64,000 bases of DNA, taken from NCBI GenBank assembly GCA_016186825.1, contig JACPKW010000005.1, positions 66,025-130,024 of the forward strand, written 5' to 3'. Made by a program: the position numbers and the translations under genes. The DNA comes from Candidatus Giovannonibacteria bacterium (GTDB taxonomy: Bacteria > Patescibacteriota > Minisyncoccia > JACPKW01 > UBA11713). Positions within the stretch are counted from its first letter, which is position 1; each line of letters starts with the position of its first letter. Positions 60,073 through 64,000 of this stretch are shown here, one piece after another. The notes below the pieces were generated by a model. The model was not told the DNA's origin and searched no databases. It saw only the letters and a program-made list of their open reading frames with translations.

Positions 60073-61445
60073 ACTCTCTCGGCGCCTAAATCTGTGAGAA
60101 AACCCAGAAGTTCTTTTTCTTTTTCGCCAAACGTTTTTCTGTTCTCCGCTTCAAAAACAAGGCGTAATATATCTTCCGTGTTCGAAGGCCTGATATTGAA
60201 CCACCAATTTGAAAAATCCACAGTCAGGCCGTCGAGATAATTCCTCTCGCCTGCCCCATACTTTTCTTCAAGTTTTTTGAGAATTTGATCTTTACCTTTA
60301 GCCTTAAAATTTATTTCTCCCGAATGAGCGTAGCGGAAAAAAGTCTTCACAAGAGCCGAAAGCTTTTTTTTTGATTCAGATAGAATCTCCAAAATTTTCA
60401 TCGCTGCAAAAAGCGCGGAATCCGAATTAAAAAAATCTCTGAAGAAAAAATGGCCGGATAGTTCTCCACCCAATAACGCCTTATGCTCGCGCATAACCGT
60501 ATTCATGAATGTGCGGCCGACACGCGATTTTTCGGACTTTATGCCAAGCTCCTCAAGATCCTCCCTCAACGCCCTTGAAGACCGCAGGTCAAAAACGACT
60601 GTGTCCCCCCTTTTTGCGATTCTCGAAGCAAGCAGCCATAAAACAGCATCGCTCCTGACTTCTTCTCCCATTTCATTCAAAACCACCACGCGGTCGCCGT
60701 CCACATCAAAAATAAAACCGGCCTCTGCTCCAGTTTCTAATATTTTCTCGCGGGCCGGAATTTGAGCTTCCTTAGAAAGAGGATTTGGCAAATGGTTTTT
60801 CAGGTAAGAATCTTTTTCTAAAAAAAGGCAGTCTGATTCCAAATTTATTTTTTTTAAAATATCAGGGAGAATCGCGCCCACCGAACCGCCTGCTGCGTCG
60901 AAAACCACTTTAGGCTTTCTTTTGAACCGGGCATTCGACGCAATAAAATCGACATATTCCGAGCGATAATCTTTTTTTGTTAAGAAGCCGCCGGCGCTGT
61001 CTTCGGCTATTTTGCCCGAATTGACAATTCGAATAATTTCTTTTAGGCCTACATCTTCGCTCATTGCCCTAAATCCTTCAAATAATTTCAGCCCGTTGTA
61101 TTCTACTGGATTGTGCGAAGCCGTAATCATGATTCCTCCTTTTGCTTTGCTTTTCGCAAGCGAAAAAGTGAATTGCGGCGTCGTAGACAAGCCGAGATCC
61201 CAAACTTCCGCCCCGCATGCGACAAGCGTTTTTGTAACTTCTTTCGAAATTTCGGGTGAACTCCAACGCACATCCCCGCCAACCAAAATAACATTTTTTC
61301 CAGGAAATTTATCTAGAAATTTTATAAACCCCCGCACAATAAGTTCAACATTATTTGGATCGAGATCTTCAGGATAGCGCCCTCTGATGTCATAGGCGTG
61401 AAATACTTTCGAATTAAAAGCTTGCAGTTTATGATTGATATCCAT
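60069..61445 (-). CDS. Phosphoglucomutase/phosphomannomutase (alpha-D-phosphohexomutase)
   Basis: GGIMITASHNPVEYNGLK active-site Ser loop; four-domain length of 458 aa. Confidence 0.85.
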   Translation of the reverse strand: MDINHKLQAFNSKVFHAYDIRGRYPEDLDPNNVELIVRGFIKFLDKFPGKNVILVGGDVRWSSPEISKEVTKTLVACGAEVWDLGLSTTPQFTFSLAKSKAKGGIMITASHNPVEYNGLKLFEGFRAMSEDVGLKEIIRIVNSGKIAEDSAGGFLTKKDYRSEYVDFIASNARFKRKPKVVFDAAGGSVGAILPDILKKINLESDCLFLEKDSYLKNHLPNPLSKEAQIPAREKILETGAEAGFIFDVDGDRVVVLNEMGEEVRSDAVLWLLASRIAKRGDTVVFDLRSSRALREDLEELGIKSEKSRVGRTFMNTVMREHKALLGGELSGHFFFRDFFNSDSALFAAMKILEILSESKKKLSALVKTFFRYAHSGEINFKAKGKDQILKKLEEKYGAGERNYLDGLTVDFSNWWFNIRPSNTEDILRLVFEAENRKTFGEKEKELLGFLTDLGAERV

Positions 61446-61501
61446 GTCTTTTCATAATAACATGAAGAAACTTTCGAATTTATCAACTTTTACGCGAAAA
61501 T

Positions 61502-62527
61502 ATGTCCTTAAAGATTGGAATTGTAGGACTCCCGAACGTTGGGAAATCCACGCTGTTTCAAGCGCTCACGAAAAAAGCGGTTGACCGTTCAAATTATCCA
61601 TTTGCAACTATTGATCCGAATATCGGCGTAGTTGCCGTGCCCGATGGGCGGCTCGAAAAGTTAGCCATTTTGTCCAAATCCGCGAAAATAATTCCTGCCA
61701 TTGTTGAATTTGTCGATATCGCAGGGCTTGTCAAAGGCGCGGCCGCGGGCGAAGGGCTCGGAAATCAATTCCTCACGCACATAAAAAATGTGGACGCAAT
61801 CGTTGAGGTAGTCAGAGTTTTTAAAGACGCTTCCGTTACGCATGTGGAAGGCGAGCCGAATCCGAAGCGAGATATTGAAATTATCGAAGCCGAACTTATT
61901 TTAAAGGATCTTGAAGTTTTGGAAAAAGCGCTGCAAAAGCTAGGACGAGAATCTAAATCCGGGGATAAAAAGATTGCTGAAAAATTCGAAAAGCTCAAGA
62001 CGCTGATTTCAAAACTAAATGGCGGATCTTTAGAATTTTCTCCGGAAGAAAAAACACTCGCCGGCGAGTATGAACTGCTGGTTTCAAAGCCGCGTCTCTA
62101 CTGCTTTAACGCCAAATTCGCGCACGAGATCCCGGCGGGCTATGAAAAAAATTCAGTCATTCTGGATTTAAAACAAGAATTCGAAGTGAGCGAACTTTCT
62201 AAAGAAGAAAAAAGAGAGCTCGGGGTTGCATCCGATCTCGGCAAACTCATAGTAAAAGCTTATGAGATTTTGAATTTGATCAGTTTTTTTACAACGGGCG
62301 AAGACGAAACCCGCGCCTGGACAATCCCGAAAGGATCCAAAGCGCCGCGCGCCGGACGCGCGATTCACGGCGATTTCGAGAATAAATTCATCAGAGCAGA
62401 GGTAATAGGCGCCGAAGACCTGCTCGCCTCAGAAAGCATCGCTAAAGCGCGAGAAAAGGGCCTAATGCGGATTGAGGGAAAAGATTACGTGGTAAAAGAC
62501 GGAGATGTGATTGAATTTAGAATTTAG
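61502..62527 (+). CDS. ychF: Ribosome-binding ATPase YchF (Obg-family GTPase with C-terminal TGS domain)
   Basis: IGIVGLPNVGKSTLFQALT P-loop. C-terminal YVVKDGDVIEFRI. Confidence 0.9.
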   Translation: MSLKIGIVGLPNVGKSTLFQALTKKAVDRSNYPFATIDPNIGVVAVPDGRLEKLAILSKSAKIIPAIVEFVDIAGLVKGAAAGEGLGNQFLTHIKNVDAIVEVVRVFKDASVTHVEGEPNPKRDIEIIEAELILKDLEVLEKALQKLGRESKSGDKKIAEKFEKLKTLISKLNGGSLEFSPEEKTLAGEYELLVSKPRLYCFNAKFAHEIPAGYEKNSVILDLKQEFEVSELSKEEKRELGVASDLGKLIVKAYEILNLISFFTTGEDETRAWTIPKGSKAPRAGRAIHGDFENKFIRAEVIGAEDLLASESIAKAREKGLMRIEGKDYVVKDGDVIEFRI

Positions 62528-62569
62528 AGCGAGCTTGCCTCCCATCGCATTATCCACTATAATCTTCCA

Positions 62570-62971
62570 ATGACCCAAGAATCAAAATTATACGAAATTT
62601 CATTTTTTTTCGAAAGTGAGGCAGACGAAGACAGGGAAAAAATCGCCTCCGCGATAAGAAAAGAAATAGAGGACCGAAAAGGGATGATATTGGAAGAACG
62701 AATTTCTTCAAGAAAACTGCGCCTCGGCTATCTGATTCAAAAGAAAAGAGAGGCCTTTCTTGGCTGTTTTAAATTCTTATTGCTACCTTTGGAAATCGCA
62801 AGTTTAAAAAATTCACTTCAAAACGCGCAAATTTTGCGTTTTGAAATTGTAAAAAGCGCTAAGACCGAGCCTGAAAGAAGCGCATCGGCAAGAAAAATTA
62901 AAAAAACGGCCGAAACTCCGGCAAACCCCGAAGAAATCGATAAAAAATTGGAAGAGATATTGGGGAAATAA
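62570..62971 (+). CDS. rpsF: 30S ribosomal protein S6 with a C-terminal extension
   Basis: LYEISFFFESEADEDREKIASAIRKEIEDRKGMILEERISSRKLRLGY matches the bS6 fold pattern. Sits in the conserved rpsF-ssb-rpsR order. Confidence 0.65.
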   Translation: MTQESKLYEISFFFESEADEDREKIASAIRKEIEDRKGMILEERISSRKLRLGYLIQKKREAFLGCFKFLLLPLEIASLKNSLQNAQILRFEIVKSAKTEPERSASARKIKKTAETPANPEEIDKKLEEILGK

Positions 62972-63034
62972 TTGTCTCTTAAGTCTCAATAGTTTAAATT
63001 TACTTAATGCGGCTAATGAGTTATATTTTACAAT

Positions 63035-63475
63035 ATGAATCTAAATAAGGTATTTTTAATCGGCAACCTTACTCGGGATCCCGAAATGCGCTCTCTCCCG
63101 AGCGGCCAACCCGTAACGACTTTCGGGATAGCAACAAACAGAACCTGGACTTCAAACGGGAAAAAAGAATCAAGGGCTGAATTTCATAACATCGTCATGT
63201 TCGGAAGATTAGCTGAAATAGCGAGCCAGTATTTAAATAAAGGGAAAATGGTTTTTATTGAAGGAAGAATGCAAACGCGGAGTTGGGACGGCAAAGATGG
63301 GACTAAGAAGAATCGGACGGAAATTGTGGCCGAAGCCATGCAGCTCGGGCCGCGTGGCGGCGATGGAAGTTATCGCGGCAAGAACGAACAGGAACCAGAA
63401 AAGAGCGAAAAAGAAGAGATCAGCACCATTGAATATCCCGCGGAAGACATTAATCCAGATGATATACCATTCTGA
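63035..63475 (+). CDS. ssb: Single-stranded DNA-binding protein
   Basis: MNLNKVFLIGNLTRDPEMR OB-fold start. Acidic C-terminal tip DDIPF. Confidence 0.9.
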   Translation: MNLNKVFLIGNLTRDPEMRSLPSGQPVTTFGIATNRTWTSNGKKESRAEFHNIVMFGRLAEIASQYLNKGKMVFIEGRMQTRSWDGKDGTKKNRTEIVAEAMQLGPRGGDGSYRGKNEQEPEKSEKEEISTIEYPAEDINPDDIPF

Positions 63476-63508
63476 CTTTAAAATTGTATTATGGAATAAA
63501 TTTAAATT

Positions 63509-63715
63509 ATGGCCGATAAACAGTGCTATTTTTGCACATCAAACATAAAAAATATTGACTATAAAGACAACGAAAGCCTAAAAAAGTTTACTGATCCTCA
63601 AGCCCGAATTATGCCGAGAAAAAGAACCGGCATTTGCGCGCTTCATCAGCGAAAACTGTCCCGCTCGATTAAACGCGCGCGGGTTTTAGGATTGATGCCT
63701 TTTTTGACTGAATAA
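63509..63715 (+). CDS. rpsR: 30S ribosomal protein S18
   Basis: CYFCTSNIKNIDYKDNESLKKF...RKLSRSIKRARVLGLMPF. Confidence 0.9.
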   Translation: MADKQCYFCTSNIKNIDYKDNESLKKFTDPQARIMPRKRTGICALHQRKLSRSIKRARVLGLMPFLTE

Positions 63716-63727
63716 ATCCCGTTAGAA

Positions 63728-63800
63728 ATCTCGCGGGGTATTTGTATCCCCGCGGGAATTGGACCCAGCGGGCAACCCGCGCCGCAAGCGGCGGGGTATT
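63728..63800. terminator. Cluster of GC-rich hairpins downstream of rpsR (probable terminator region)
   Basis: CGCGGGG-TATTTGTAT-CCCCGCG, then GCGGG-CAA-CCCGC and CCCGCGCCGC-AAGC-GGCGGGG imperfect stems. Confidence 0.4.
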
Positions 63801-63837
63801 ATTTCTGACGGGATAAAATCAGATCAAATTAATTTAA

Positions 63838-64000
63838 ACTGTCGAGTTCTTTTTTGATTGAGAAATTTTCCGGATCTATTTTAAGGGCTTCCGTAAAATA
63901 CTGGCGCGCTTTAGCTTTGTCAGTCGTTTTATAATAGTCTCCCAGCCAAATTAACACCTGGACATTCCCCGGATTTTTTTGGAGCGCTTCTAACAAAACG
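63838..64000 (-). CDS. C-terminal fragment of a TPR-like repeat protein (runs off the window)
   Basis: Minus-strand translation ...VLLEALQKNPGNVQVLIWLGDYYKTTDKAKARQYFTEALKIDPENFSIKKELDSLN-stop. Confidence 0.35.

Overview
The window is a 64-kb, AT-rich bacterial chromosomal segment. Gene content points to a small-genome organism, possibly CPR/Patescibacteria-like. The supporting signs are archaeal-type UMP kinase and cupin-type PGI, many glycosyltransferases, an intron-containing tRNA, and a short UvrC. These are inferences, not proof.

Housekeeping genes are clear: glgA, glgC, rpoD-dnaG, alr, htpX, lemA, groES-groEL with a CIRCE operator, uvrA, uvrC, secG, RNase J, trpS, ychF, and rpsF-ssb-rpsR. 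An exopolysaccharide island lies at about 25.1-36.5 kb. Its centre holds a NodC-like GT2 flanked by two NodB-like deacetylases, one of them fused to CBMs, and a short UDP-glucose-DH-like protein. Downstream are a DedA protein, GT4 and GT2 transferases, a PAP2 protein and a sensor histidine kinase.

The most unusual region is 13.3-21.3 kb. It looks like a composite mobile island. A 5.8-kb cassette is bounded by about 200-bp terminal inverted repeats ending in TGGCTCC...GGAGCCA. The cassette carries an XRE regulator, an SNF2-family helicase with an uncharacterised ~640-aa C-terminal region, and a DUF2779-type nuclease (Cas4/RecB-like plus DEDD exonuclease-like). I consider this three-gene operon a candidate novel defence or DNA-surveillance system. 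Next to it is a large serine recombinase flanked by 75-bp perfect inverted repeats. That unit abuts a tRNA, best read as Asn(GUU), whose anticodon loop is interrupted by a ~250-nt group I-like intron.

Other signs of tRNA-associated rearrangement are present. tRNA-Ser(GGA) has a duplicated 3' end and a GIY-YIG gene bracketed by 14-bp copies of the tRNA 5' end. tRNA-Leu(CAG) is preceded by two ~100-nt tandem units, each starting with the first 24 nt of the tRNA. A GC-rich palindromic repeat family (CCTGCCTGCCGGCAGGCAGG) recurs at both sites. A putative ArsR operator motif sits upstream of tspO, the ArsR gene itself, and a TreT-like glycosyltransferase. No CRISPR array and no rRNA were seen.
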